Both the position numbers and the translations under genes were made by a program. DNA of 64,000 bases from positions 2,312 through 66,311 of the forward strand of contig JAUQWQ010000011.1 of assembly GCA_030835085.1 (NCBI GenBank). Direction: 5' to 3'. This stretch comes from Ignavibacteria bacterium (GTDB taxonomy: Bacteria; Bacteroidota; Ignavibacteria; Tepidaquicellales; OLB5). Positions 49,128 to 57,970 of the stretch are shown here, in pieces (position 1 is the first letter of the stretch; each line of letters starts with the position of its first letter). Under the pieces are notes generated by a model. It worked only from the letters and a program-made list of their open reading frames with translations. It searched no databases and had not been told where the DNA came from.

Positions 49128-49156
49128 AAAAGACAGCAAAATGCTGTCTTTTTTTA
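49128..49156 (+). terminator. Intrinsic terminator after tRNA-Gln
   Basis: Stem agacagc/gctgtct with loop aaaat and a T7 run. Confidence 0.7.
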
Positions 49157-49215
49157 TATAGTACTTTTACAATTTAACAGGTAAATTAAGATATTGAACT
49201 TAAATAACTAAAACT

Positions 49216-49635
49216 ATGCCTGATCCAAATCTGAATCTGGTTCCGGTTATTATTGCCGGCGTAATTAATATGGTACTTGGTGCCCTGTGGTACTCTCCCC
49301 TTGTAACTGGCAAATTATGGATGCGCTCAATGGGTAAAACGGAAGAAGATCTTAAGCAGGGCTTTTCATCTTCCGCAATGGGATTAACCTACGTTGTAAA
49401 CACCATCGCCTCACTTGTATTCGCTTATGTTTTGGCGCACCTTATCAAATTCAGTATGGTGAATACTTTTTCGGAGGGAGTAATGATTGGGTTCTGGGTA
49501 TGGCTTGGATTTGTTGTTACGACGGTCATTCCCGGTTATATGTATGAAAGCCGCCCTAAGATGCTTTATTTTCTTTTCATTATTTACCAGTTGATATCTA
49601 TAACATTAATAGGCGGTTTTTTGGCTATCTGGTAA
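49216..49635 (+). CDS. DUF1761-like membrane protein
   Basis: 139 aa with 4 helices. The N-terminal VIIAGVINMVLGALWYSPLVTGKLWM matches the conserved DUF1761 start as recalled. Confidence 0.65.
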   Translation: MPDPNLNLVPVIIAGVINMVLGALWYSPLVTGKLWMRSMGKTEEDLKQGFSSSAMGLTYVVNTIASLVFAYVLAHLIKFSMVNTFSEGVMIGFWVWLGFVVTTVIPGYMYESRPKMLYFLFIIYQLISITLIGGFLAIW

Positions 49636-49775
49636 TATTTTTTCAATTGTTAACAGAACTAAATCATAAAAACTCAGAAGCTTATTATTAAAAATGACCC
49701 GGTATTTTTAAGAACTTTATAATTCTGTTTTATGTTTTATAATGTAAGAATAATAACAAATTAGAGGAGGTTATT

Positions 49776-49970
49776 ATGCGCACATTATTTTTGTCGATCG
49801 TATTCCCTTCTTTCTTTATTATATTAGGAATAATTCTCATTCTTCTGAATGCTGATTACGGTATTTTTATATCCGCAATTGGAGTACTATGGTTATTGTT
49901 ATCATTCCTGATAGAATATAAAGAGGAGGAAGAGCAGCCGCTTGGAATAGGCAGAGGCAGAAAAAGGTAA
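49776..49970 (+). CDS. Small two-helix membrane protein (hypothetical)
   Basis: 64 aa with two hydrophobic helices and a charged tail. aggagg SD 5 nt upstream of the ATG. Confidence 0.45.
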   Translation: MRTLFLSIVFPSFFIILGIILILLNADYGIFISAIGVLWLLLSFLIEYKEEEEQPLGIGRGRKR

Positions 49971-50300
49971 ATACATTTCCGGTGATCAGATACGTTCTCA
50001 TGAAAACGGATAAAAATCATAATTCAAAATGATACAGGTTATTTTTTTCAGCTATTAAATTTATCATCTTTGTAACGCAGGAAAGAACGTGGAAATTCTG
50101 AAAGAAATGCTCTCTTAAACGAGCGAAAAAGGCTTCAACGGGTATATTTAATAATTAAATTAAAATAACTCTAAGAAAATCTACTATAAGTCATACAATG
50201 GGTTGAGATGACTTTTCCGGAAAAAAAGCCTGGTTCAAATGCGAACTGATCTATAATACGGAATCCCGGTCTTTCTTTTCATAAGGTACAACCTTTCAAT

Positions 50301-50334
50301 TAATGGGACTCATATCCGGGTCCCATTATTTTTT
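50301..50334 (+). terminator. Orphan intrinsic terminator in a 509-nt intergenic region
   Basis: Stem aatgggac/gtcccatt followed by a T6 run. No annotated plus-strand gene ends nearby. Confidence 0.5.
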
Positions 50335-50383
50335 CCCGCCCGGTATAAATCACGCTAAATTTCAAGAATTAAACACAAATTTT

Positions 50384-50397
50384 GTGATAAATATCAT
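50384..50397 (+). promoter_or_regulatory. CRP/FNR-like palindrome upstream of the four-subunit OFOR operon
   Basis: GTGATAAATATCAT, 83 nt before the ATG. Its flanks (cacaaa ... atcatattttcatatgatac) align with the sites at 40013 and 57873. Confidence 0.45.
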
Positions 50398-50479
50398 ATT
50401 TTCATATGATACAGGTAATAGGATTTTGGGGCTTTCTGTGGCATTTTTGTATAATTTCTAACCATTTAAAATCACAAAA

Positions 50480-50854
50480 ATGGAAACAACTGCTAAATCA
50501 CCTGAAAAAATTTCCCCGGTAAAAGAAAGAAAAGTTAAAGGCATGGTGGAAATAGAAATTTCAAAATGTAAAGGCTGTGAACTTTGCAGAACTGCATGCA
50601 AAGAAAATGCATTAACTCTTTCTGATACTATAAACATAAAAGGATACAGGTATATAATTGCTAATAACGACCTTTGCACAGGATGTGTAAACTGCGCATT
50701 GGTATGTCCTGATGCTATTATCACAGTATACAGAACGAATCCAAAAAAGAACGCAAAACGTGAAGATATTACACCAAAGAATATTAAAGAAGAGATCAAA
50801 GCAATTATTACATCACCCGCTTATGATGACTTAAGTCACATGGACTATATTTAG
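50480..50854 (+). CDS. 2-oxoacid:ferredoxin oxidoreductase delta subunit (2x[4Fe-4S] ferredoxin)
   Basis: CKGCELCRTAC and CTGCVNCALVCP cluster motifs. First gene of a delta-alpha-beta-gamma operon. Confidence 0.8.
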   Translation: METTAKSPEKISPVKERKVKGMVEIEISKCKGCELCRTACKENALTLSDTINIKGYRYIIANNDLCTGCVNCALVCPDAIITVYRTNPKKNAKREDITPKNIKEEIKAIITSPAYDDLSHMDYI

Positions 50855-50875
50855 AAAAATATAATTTTAAATTTT

Positions 50876-51946
50876 ATGAAGATGGAAACTAAATTAATGA
50901 AAGGTAACGAAGCATTGGCAGAAGCCGCTATTCAGGCAGGCTGTGATGCATATTTTGGTTACCCCATAACACCACAGTCAGAAGTACTGGAATATCTAGC
51001 CAAAGAAATGCCTAAACGCGGAGGAGTTGTTCTGCAGGCAGAAAGTGAAGTCGCTTCTATCAATATGATATACGGCGCAGCCGGTGCAGGATTCCGTTCA
51101 ATGACAAGCTCATCATCACCCGGCATTAGCTTGATGCAGGAAGGTATATCTTATATTGCAGGTGCAGAACTGCCTTGCCTCATAGTTAATGTAAACCGTG
51201 CGGGTCCGGGACTTGGTACAATTCAGCCTGGCCAGGGCGATTATTTCCAGTCAACTAAAGGCGGCGGACACGGTGATTACAGGCTTATTGTTCTTGCTCC
51301 CTCATCAGTTCAGGAAATGGCTGATTTCGTTTTCCTGGGATTTGATCTGGCAGATAAGTACAGAAACCCGGTTTTGATACTAAGTGATGGTGCAATTGGA
51401 CAGATGATGGAAAAAGTCACTTTTGGTAAATTCAAACCCGGCAAAGTTGATAAACCCTGGGCAACTGTTGGCAAACCGGCAACACGAGAGAGGAACTACA
51501 TTACATCTTTACATATTAAACCGGAAATGCTTGAAAAACATAATGAAAAACTTATAGCTAAATATGAAGAAGTTAAGAAAAATGAAGTGCGATTTGAAGA
51601 AATTAATACAGGTGATGCTGAATACCTTATGGTGGCTTACGGACTATGTGCAAGAATTTGTCATAAAGCAGTTAACATTGCCCGCGAAAAAGGCATTAAA
51701 GTCGGTTTACTCAGACCGATAACTCTATTCCCGTTCCCAACAGAAAAGCTGAATAAGTTAGCTGAGAGCATGAAACTTATGCTTACTGTTGAATTAAATG
51801 CAGGCCAGATGGTTGAAGATGTAAGGCTTTCTGTTAACGGCAAAGTACCTGTAGAATTCTACGGAAGACTTGGCGGTATGTTACCAAACCCGGATGAAAT
51901 AGTAAATAAATTGGAAAATTTAATTAAGAAAAATCATGCGCTCTGA
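50876..51946 (+). CDS. 2-oxoacid:ferredoxin oxidoreductase alpha subunit (Vor/Por/Kor four-subunit type)
   Basis: LMKGNEALAEAAIQAGCDAYFGYPITPQSE N-terminus is typical of OFOR alpha subunits. Confidence 0.85.
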   Translation: MKMETKLMKGNEALAEAAIQAGCDAYFGYPITPQSEVLEYLAKEMPKRGGVVLQAESEVASINMIYGAAGAGFRSMTSSSSPGISLMQEGISYIAGAELPCLIVNVNRAGPGLGTIQPGQGDYFQSTKGGGHGDYRLIVLAPSSVQEMADFVFLGFDLADKYRNPVLILSDGAIGQMMEKVTFGKFKPGKVDKPWATVGKPATRERNYITSLHIKPEMLEKHNEKLIAKYEEVKKNEVRFEEINTGDAEYLMVAYGLCARICHKAVNIAREKGIKVGLLRPITLFPFPTEKLNKLAESMKLMLTVELNAGQMVEDVRLSVNGKVPVEFYGRLGGMLPNPDEIVNKLENLIKKNHAL

Positions 51947-52841
51947 AGAACATTTGCTGGTTGATGAACAACTGATCTCTGCAAAAGAAGAATCAGATGA
52001 TAAAACAACCGCTGAAAAAGAAATTACCGAAACAGTAATACCGGATAAACCAAGATGTTTGGACGAAGAATATGAAATGGTTTATCATAAACCCAAAACA
52101 CTGGTGGATGTAAGCATGCACTATTGCCCCGGATGCGCACACAGTCTGGTTCATAAACTTGTGATGGAAGTTGTTGATGAACTGGGCATACAGGAACAGA
52201 CAATCGGTGTAGCCCCTGTTGGATGCGCGGTTTTTGCATATGATTATATGGATATAGATATGTCTGAAGCAGCTCACGGCAGAGCCTGTGCTACAGCTAC
52301 AGGCATAAAAAGGCTTATGCCTGACAGGTATGTTTTTACATATCAGGGTGATGGCGATTTAGCTGCAATTGGAATTGCTGAAACTCTGCATACAATAAAC
52401 CGCGGTGAAAATATTACAATTGTATTTATGAACAATGCAGTATATGGTATGACAAGCGGACAAATGGCCCCTACAAGTCTGGTAGGTATGAAAACTACAA
52501 CAAGTCCGTTTGGCAGGGATGTAATGGAATATGGTGAACCGATAAGGGTATCAGAGCTTATCAGTCATTTACCCGGAGCTTTTTATGTTACCAGGCAGGC
52601 TGTTAATTCAGCTACTGCAGTCAGAAAAGCTAAAAAGGCTTTGATGAATGCATTCAGGTATCAGAAACTGAAAAAAGGAACCAGTTTTGTAGAAATAATC
52701 GGTAATTGTCCATCCAACTGGAAAATGACACCAATTGAAGCCAGCAAATATATAGACGATGAAATGATAAAAACTTTCCCGCTTGGTGATATTAAATTGC
52801 CCAAGGGTGAAGACCTGAAATTACTGGAGGAGGTAAAATAA
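51936..52841 (+). CDS. 2-oxoacid:ferredoxin oxidoreductase beta (TPP-binding) subunit
   Basis: HYCPGCAHS Cys motif and QGDGDLAAIG TPP motif. The ATG overlaps the alpha stop by 11 nt. An alternative start is Met 52077, which would remove a 47-aa acidic extension. Confidence 0.85.
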   Translation: MRSEEHLLVDEQLISAKEESDDKTTAEKEITETVIPDKPRCLDEEYEMVYHKPKTLVDVSMHYCPGCAHSLVHKLVMEVVDELGIQEQTIGVAPVGCAVFAYDYMDIDMSEAAHGRACATATGIKRLMPDRYVFTYQGDGDLAAIGIAETLHTINRGENITIVFMNNAVYGMTSGQMAPTSLVGMKTTTSPFGRDVMEYGEPIRVSELISHLPGAFYVTRQAVNSATAVRKAKKALMNAFRYQKLKKGTSFVEIIGNCPSNWKMTPIEASKYIDDEMIKTFPLGDIKLPKGEDLKLLEEVK

Positions 52842-52843
52842 TC

Positions 52844-53410
52844 ATGATAGAAGAACTCATAGTAGCCGGATTTGGAGGACAGGGAGTCCTTTCAATGGGT
52901 ATGACACTTGCATATGCAGGTATGGTAGAAGATAAAGAGATTTCCTGGATGCCCTCTTATGGTCCTGAAATGCGCGGAGGAACTGCAAACTGTATCGCGA
53001 TCCTTTCTGATACAAAGATAAGCTCACCAATAATTTCTGAATTTGATTCAGGAATTATTCTGAACCAGCCTTCAATGGATAAATTTGAATCACAAATTAA
53101 ACCCGGCGGTTTAATAATTTATGAATCATCTAATATTTTTAAACCCTGCACACGTACCGATATAGAGATCTTCGGGATACCTGCTGCAACAGAAGCTGTG
53201 AAAATGAAGAACAGCAAGATATTGAATATGATAATGCTTGGAGCATATCTTGAAAGAAAACCGGTTGTTAAAATAAAATCCATTATGGAAGCTTTAAAAA
53301 AAGTTTTGCCGGATAGATATCACAATCTCCTCCCAATTAACGAAGCAGCATTAAACAGGGGCGCGGAACTTGTCGAAAAAGAAATGATAAGTTTAGGGGA
53401 AGCTTTCTAG
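52844..53410 (+). CDS. 2-oxoacid:ferredoxin oxidoreductase gamma subunit
   Basis: IVAGFGGQGVLSMG N-terminus is typical of OFOR gamma subunits. Confidence 0.85.
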   Translation: MIEELIVAGFGGQGVLSMGMTLAYAGMVEDKEISWMPSYGPEMRGGTANCIAILSDTKISSPIISEFDSGIILNQPSMDKFESQIKPGGLIIYESSNIFKPCTRTDIEIFGIPAATEAVKMKNSKILNMIMLGAYLERKPVVKIKSIMEALKKVLPDRYHNLLPINEAALNRGAELVEKEMISLGEAF

Positions 53411-53431
53411 AAATTAATGATATATACCAAT

Positions 53432-53459
53432 AAAAAACCCGGTTTTTACCGGGTTTTTT
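53432..53459 (+). terminator. Intrinsic terminator after the OFOR operon
   Basis: Stem aaaacccggt/accgggtttt with loop tttt. Confidence 0.7.
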
Positions 53460-53513
53460 ATTTTAATTTACTTATAAACAATATATTATATATCATATTA
53501 TTTATTGATTTAA

Positions 53514-53527
53514 TTGACTTATGTCAT
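53514..53527 (+). promoter_or_regulatory. CRP/FNR-like palindrome upstream of the lipoprotein/OMP/HMA operon
   Basis: TTGACTTATGTCAT, 50 nt before the ATG at 53577, immediately followed by a further ttgaca half-site. Confidence 0.4.
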
Positions 53528-53576
53528 TTGACAAAATGAATTTTATCCTCATTATTGTATCAGAGGAAACACAAAA

Positions 53577-54386
53577 ATGAATAAAAATTACTTCATCCTG
53601 TTCATTGTTTTATCAATTTTTTATCATTGCGGTAATGATAATCCTGTAGTTAATAATCCTTCTGCACCGTCAGATTATGTCAGGATCTTCACAACAGAAA
53701 ACGGTTCAACTAAGTTTGAAGTGTACAGTACTTCAGGTACAAATTTCTTATATGGTTATAATAATCTTGGCTTTAAAGTATACGTTAACAGCGCTGAGCA
53801 AAACCAGGGCTACGTGAAATTTAAACCAACTATGTATCATGGTATAGGCGGACCAAGCCACTCAATTCCTGTCCCTGAAAAATATATCTACGATAATGAT
53901 AAAGGTATGTACACCGGTTATGCAGTTTTTATCATGTATGATACAGCTGCATTCTGGGCTGCGGATTTTAACTGCAATGATACTTATTATTCGGATTCTT
54001 CTATAATTGATCTGGTCTATTCATCAACAACAAAAATTGCCGGTTGGGGTAATTCCATAACCGAAAGAACATATTTTCTTACTTTAATTTCACCATCTGC
54101 CCCGGTAGTTGGTTTGAACGATTTGGATGTTATGCTGCATGAAACATCTGATTTAACTAACTATACCGAGATCAATAATGCTGAAATGTTTATTAGACCA
54201 TGGATGGAGACAATGGGGCATGGAACCAGTAATAATATTGACCCAACCTGGATCTCGAACGGCAGATATAAAGGTACCGTTAATTTTAATATGCCAGGGG
54301 AATGGTTTTTATATGATTCAATAAAAGTAAACGGTAATTTTATAACCCCTACCCCGGCTCCAAAATTCATTTTACAGGTAAATTAA
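53577..54386 (+). CDS. Lipoprotein with two YtkA/FixH-like Ig-fold modules bearing Met/His motifs
   Basis: Lipobox-like SIFYHCGND. Two modules carry KPTMYHGIGGPSHS and RPWMETMGHGTSNN, the second followed by GRYKGTVNFNMPGEWFL, as in YtkA-like domains. Confidence 0.5.
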   Translation: MNKNYFILFIVLSIFYHCGNDNPVVNNPSAPSDYVRIFTTENGSTKFEVYSTSGTNFLYGYNNLGFKVYVNSAEQNQGYVKFKPTMYHGIGGPSHSIPVPEKYIYDNDKGMYTGYAVFIMYDTAAFWAADFNCNDTYYSDSSIIDLVYSSTTKIAGWGNSITERTYFLTLISPSAPVVGLNDLDVMLHETSDLTNYTEINNAEMFIRPWMETMGHGTSNNIDPTWISNGRYKGTVNFNMPGEWFLYDSIKVNGNFITPTPAPKFILQVN

Positions 54387-54387
54387 G

Positions 54388-55347
54388 ATGAAAGTAATAC
54401 TGATAATTTTAACCGGCATTATATTGTTTGAATCACCCGTTTATACATGCAATAGCTGCGGAGGCGGTACGGGTGATCTTGCTGTGCTTTCACTTGATGG
54501 TCTGGCATTGTTTAATATTGGTTTCTCCCGCGACCAGTTCAATGGTGTTTGGGATAAAGACGGCAAGTGGCTTTCTAACAATTATTCACAAAGCCAGTTC
54601 AAAATTGCCATGAACTCAGCTTACCGGCTGAACCGTCATATACAATTCGCAATATCATTACCTTTTGTTTTTAACAACAGCAATATTCCGGGATTGAAGC
54701 AAAACGGCTCAGGTATTGGCGATCTGGTAATCGGCGGCAGGTTTGAACTGTTCCATGAATTCCAGCCTAAGAAAGAAGGCAAGAAACTGAAACTTGATAA
54801 AACACTTCCCTATTTGGCTATTACCTTCGGACTCAATTTGCCAACCGGAAAATCTGAAGAGAATGCTGAAAATGATGTTGATATCACTGGAAAAGGATTT
54901 TATTCAACTACACTTGGAATTTCAGTCACTAAAACAATTATCCGTTCAAAACTTCAGATACTTGGTGATTTCAGCTGGCAGCATAGTTTTGAGAAGAAAT
55001 ACTCCAGCTATTTTGGAGAGCCTATTACTTATGATTACCGAAAGCAAGCAGGCGAAAAATTCAATTATTCTTTGACAGCAAATTACATAATTAACAGCTT
55101 TCATTCAGTTTCACTCACTGCATCGGGATTCTTACAGAATAATTACAAACTCAATGGGGCAGCAATTGATAACTCAAATGAAAGAAGCTCAGCTTTAGTG
55201 CTGGCTTATACATATTATCCCTGGGTACCGTTCAGGATAACCACATCTGTAAAAACGGGGTTACCCGGAGATGATATGGGAATGAATGCACAGGGTTCCA
55301 CAACATTTAACATTAATTTCACATATTATATACCAACTATAAAATGA
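54388..55347 (+). CDS. Outer-membrane beta-barrel protein with N-terminal CxxC (putative metal-related transporter)
   Basis: Signal peptide followed by CNSCGGGTGD. Alternating amphipathic beta-strand pattern throughout. Starts 1 nt after the upstream stop. Confidence 0.5.
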   Translation: MKVILIILTGIILFESPVYTCNSCGGGTGDLAVLSLDGLALFNIGFSRDQFNGVWDKDGKWLSNNYSQSQFKIAMNSAYRLNRHIQFAISLPFVFNNSNIPGLKQNGSGIGDLVIGGRFELFHEFQPKKEGKKLKLDKTLPYLAITFGLNLPTGKSEENAENDVDITGKGFYSTTLGISVTKTIIRSKLQILGDFSWQHSFEKKYSSYFGEPITYDYRKQAGEKFNYSLTANYIINSFHSVSLTASGFLQNNYKLNGAAIDNSNERSSALVLAYTYYPWVPFRITTSVKTGLPGDDMGMNAQGSTTFNINFTYYIPTIK

Positions 55348-55673
55348 AATTTTTAATTATCGTTTTTGTATCAATAATTTTTACAGGTTCAGCTTATCCA
55401 GAAATTATTAACATTAATTTACCAAAACATATGACACTGACAGAAACCGAAGTAACACAAAGATCCGTAAAGATCAAATGCACAGAAATGAGCTGTGACG
55501 CATGCAAAAGAAGTATCACAAAATCCATCGACCAGCTCAAAGGAATAAAAAAACTTGAAATAGATCTTGAAACCAAGATCATTACAGTAATATATGATGA
55601 CGAAAAAACCGACGAACAATCAATATTAAATGCAGTTATTGGCGCCGGTTACGAAGCAGAAATTATAAAATAA
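55344..55673 (+). CDS. Exported heavy-metal-associated (HMA) domain protein
   Basis: Signal peptide plus the M-x-C-x-x-C motif (EMSCDACKRSI) in a ~65-aa ferredoxin-like fold. ATGA start/stop overlap with the upstream gene. Confidence 0.8.
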   Translation: MKFLIIVFVSIIFTGSAYPEIININLPKHMTLTETEVTQRSVKIKCTEMSCDACKRSITKSIDQLKGIKKLEIDLETKIITVIYDDEKTDEQSILNAVIGAGYEAEIIK

Positions 55674-55697
55674 AATAATTACAAATTCCAGGAATCT

Positions 55698-57803
55698 ATG
55701 CGTAATCCACTTGATAAAACCTTTTACCCGGGTTCAATTGCAGTTATTGGCGCTTCATCCAAAGAGAGCACTCTCAGTTATGAGCTTGTAAATAATCTTG
55801 TAAAATACGGATATAAAGGATGTATTTATCCCGTTAATCCAAAGGCAGCATCAGTTCACTCTATTAAAGCTTATCCGAATGTAAAAAACATTCAGGATGA
55901 AGTCGATCTTGCAGTAATAATGGTACCAAAGGAGCTTGTGCTTGATACCATTGATGATTGCTACAGGAAAAAAATAAGTTCAGTTGTTGTAATCACCGCC
56001 GGTTTTAAAGAAACCGGCAAAGATGGGGTTTCACTTGAAAAAGAATTGACAGCAAAGATCAAAAAGTATAAAATGCGTTTGATAGGCCCGAATTGTATGG
56101 GTTTGATAAATACAAATCCTGCAGTGAAACTGAATTGTACATTCGTACAGGGCACTCCAATTGCCGGCGGTATTGGATTTATTTCTCAAAGCGGAGCCTT
56201 AGGCGCAGCAGTATTGAAAACAGTTCAGCAAAATGACATAGGGCTTGCCCAATTTATAAGTATCGGTAATAAAGCTGATGTTTCCGGCAATACAATACTG
56301 GATTACTGGTGGCATAATGATGATATAAAAGTTATTACGCTTTACCTGGAGTCATTTGGCAACCCGAGACATTTTATGGAGCTGACCCGGGAAATTACCA
56401 AAACCAAACCGGTTATTGTAATAAAATCAGCCAGAACAAAGGCCGGAATGAAAGCAGCATCATCGCATACTGGTGCACTTGCTTCCAGTGATGCAGTTGT
56501 CGATGCCTTTTTAGAGCAAAGCGGTGTAATAAGAGTTAATACTACAGATGAAATGTTTGATATAGCCCGCGCTTTAGATATGGCAAATCTGCCTAAAGGA
56601 AACCGTGTTGGCATATTGACAAATGCAGGCGGTCCCGCTATACTGGCTGTAGATGAATGTGCAAATTGGGGTTTAACTATCCCGGAATTGAGTAAAAAAA
56701 CACAGGCTGCAATTAAAAAAATCGCTCCTTCGGAGGCATCTGTATTTAATCCTGTGGATGTACTTCCTCCTGCTGATGCAAATATATACGCAAAAGTTTC
56801 GAAGCTTATTCTGGATGATGACAACATTGATTCACTTATTGTGGTTGTGGGTCCCCCGTTAATGCTTGATACACTTGGTATTGCTTCTGCTATTTGTGAA
56901 GCAACAAAAAATACGCAAAAAACCGTAATGCTTGTAATGATGTCTCAGGATGATGTAATTCCCAGGCTCAAGGAAGTGAATCCAGTTCATCCTCCCATAT
57001 ACCGTTTCCCCGAAAATGCTGCAAGAGCGATCTCGCGGATGTTATCATATAAAAAATGGAAAGAGCACCCCGAGGGTCAATACATTGAATTTGACACAGA
57101 TAAACAGGCTGTAAAAAAAATTATCAGTAAATACAGAGGGAAAAAAGGAGTATACTTAAATTCTGAAGATGTCTCAGGTGTCCTGAAAGCTTACGGTCTA
57201 CCTATAGTTAAGTCTGTGTTTGCTAAAAACACATTTGAGCTTATCCAGATCTCTGATAAGATTAAATACCCGGTAGTTTTAAAAGCTGTGGGGAAAAAGC
57301 TAATTCACAAGTCTGATATGGGAGGCGTTGAAGTGGACATTCATAATTCAGATGAATTACTGCGATCAGCGGACAGGATCATTGAAAATTTGAAAAATCA
57401 CAGGGCAGAACATCTTCTTGAAAAATTCATGATCCAGCCTTATGTTTCAGGCGGTGTTGAAACAATACTTGGTATTACAAAAGATGAAAAAGCAGGAAGT
57501 ATGATTATGTTTGGTCTGGGCGGAATTTTTGTAGAAGTTTTCAAGGATGTTAACTTTAAGCTTGTACCTATTAACGGTGCAGAAGCAGGCACTATGATCC
57601 GCTCTATAAAGAGCTTTGAAATGCTTAGCGGCGTAAGAGGTAAAAAAGCTGTTGACCTTAAGTATATACAGGAAAGCCTGTTAAGGCTTTCACAATTGAG
57701 TTGTGATTTTCCGGAATTCATTGAAATAGACCTGAATCCGTTTGTATTCTTTAACGAAAAGGAAAAGTGCACAATACTTGATGCACGCATAAGATTTAAC
57801 TGA
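55698..57803 (+). CDS. ADP-forming acetyl-CoA synthetase-family protein (fused CoA-binding/ligase + ATP-grasp)
   Basis: SIAVIGAS CoA-binding start, GPNCMGLIN, ISQSGALG, phosphohistidine-loop context SSHTGALAS. C-terminal ATP-grasp (YPVVLKAVG...SDMGGV). Confidence 0.85.
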   Translation: MRNPLDKTFYPGSIAVIGASSKESTLSYELVNNLVKYGYKGCIYPVNPKAASVHSIKAYPNVKNIQDEVDLAVIMVPKELVLDTIDDCYRKKISSVVVITAGFKETGKDGVSLEKELTAKIKKYKMRLIGPNCMGLINTNPAVKLNCTFVQGTPIAGGIGFISQSGALGAAVLKTVQQNDIGLAQFISIGNKADVSGNTILDYWWHNDDIKVITLYLESFGNPRHFMELTREITKTKPVIVIKSARTKAGMKAASSHTGALASSDAVVDAFLEQSGVIRVNTTDEMFDIARALDMANLPKGNRVGILTNAGGPAILAVDECANWGLTIPELSKKTQAAIKKIAPSEASVFNPVDVLPPADANIYAKVSKLILDDDNIDSLIVVVGPPLMLDTLGIASAICEATKNTQKTVMLVMMSQDDVIPRLKEVNPVHPPIYRFPENAARAISRMLSYKKWKEHPEGQYIEFDTDKQAVKKIISKYRGKKGVYLNSEDVSGVLKAYGLPIVKSVFAKNTFELIQISDKIKYPVVLKAVGKKLIHKSDMGGVEVDIHNSDELLRSADRIIENLKNHRAEHLLEKFMIQPYVSGGVETILGITKDEKAGSMIMFGLGGIFVEVFKDVNFKLVPINGAEAGTMIRSIKSFEMLSGVRGKKAVDLKYIQESLLRLSQLSCDFPEFIEIDLNPFVFFNEKEKCTILDARIRFN

Positions 57804-57872
57804 GAAATTTCTTCGGCTCGAACTTCATTCCATCCTTAATAATATCTCAAAATTTATAAATCATTTCACAAA

Positions 57873-57886
57873 ATGACTGATATCAT
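57873..57886 (+). promoter_or_regulatory. CRP/FNR-like palindrome upstream of OMP gene 57971
   Basis: ATGACTGATATCAT, 85 nt before the ATG. The surrounding 36 nt are nearly identical to the nifJ upstream block. Confidence 0.45.
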
Positions 57887-57970
57887 ATTTTATATATGAC
57901 AGAAGTTATTATGTTGTTACTGTAATATTTAAAAACAAATTATTTCAGGAATAATTACATTTAGAAAATA

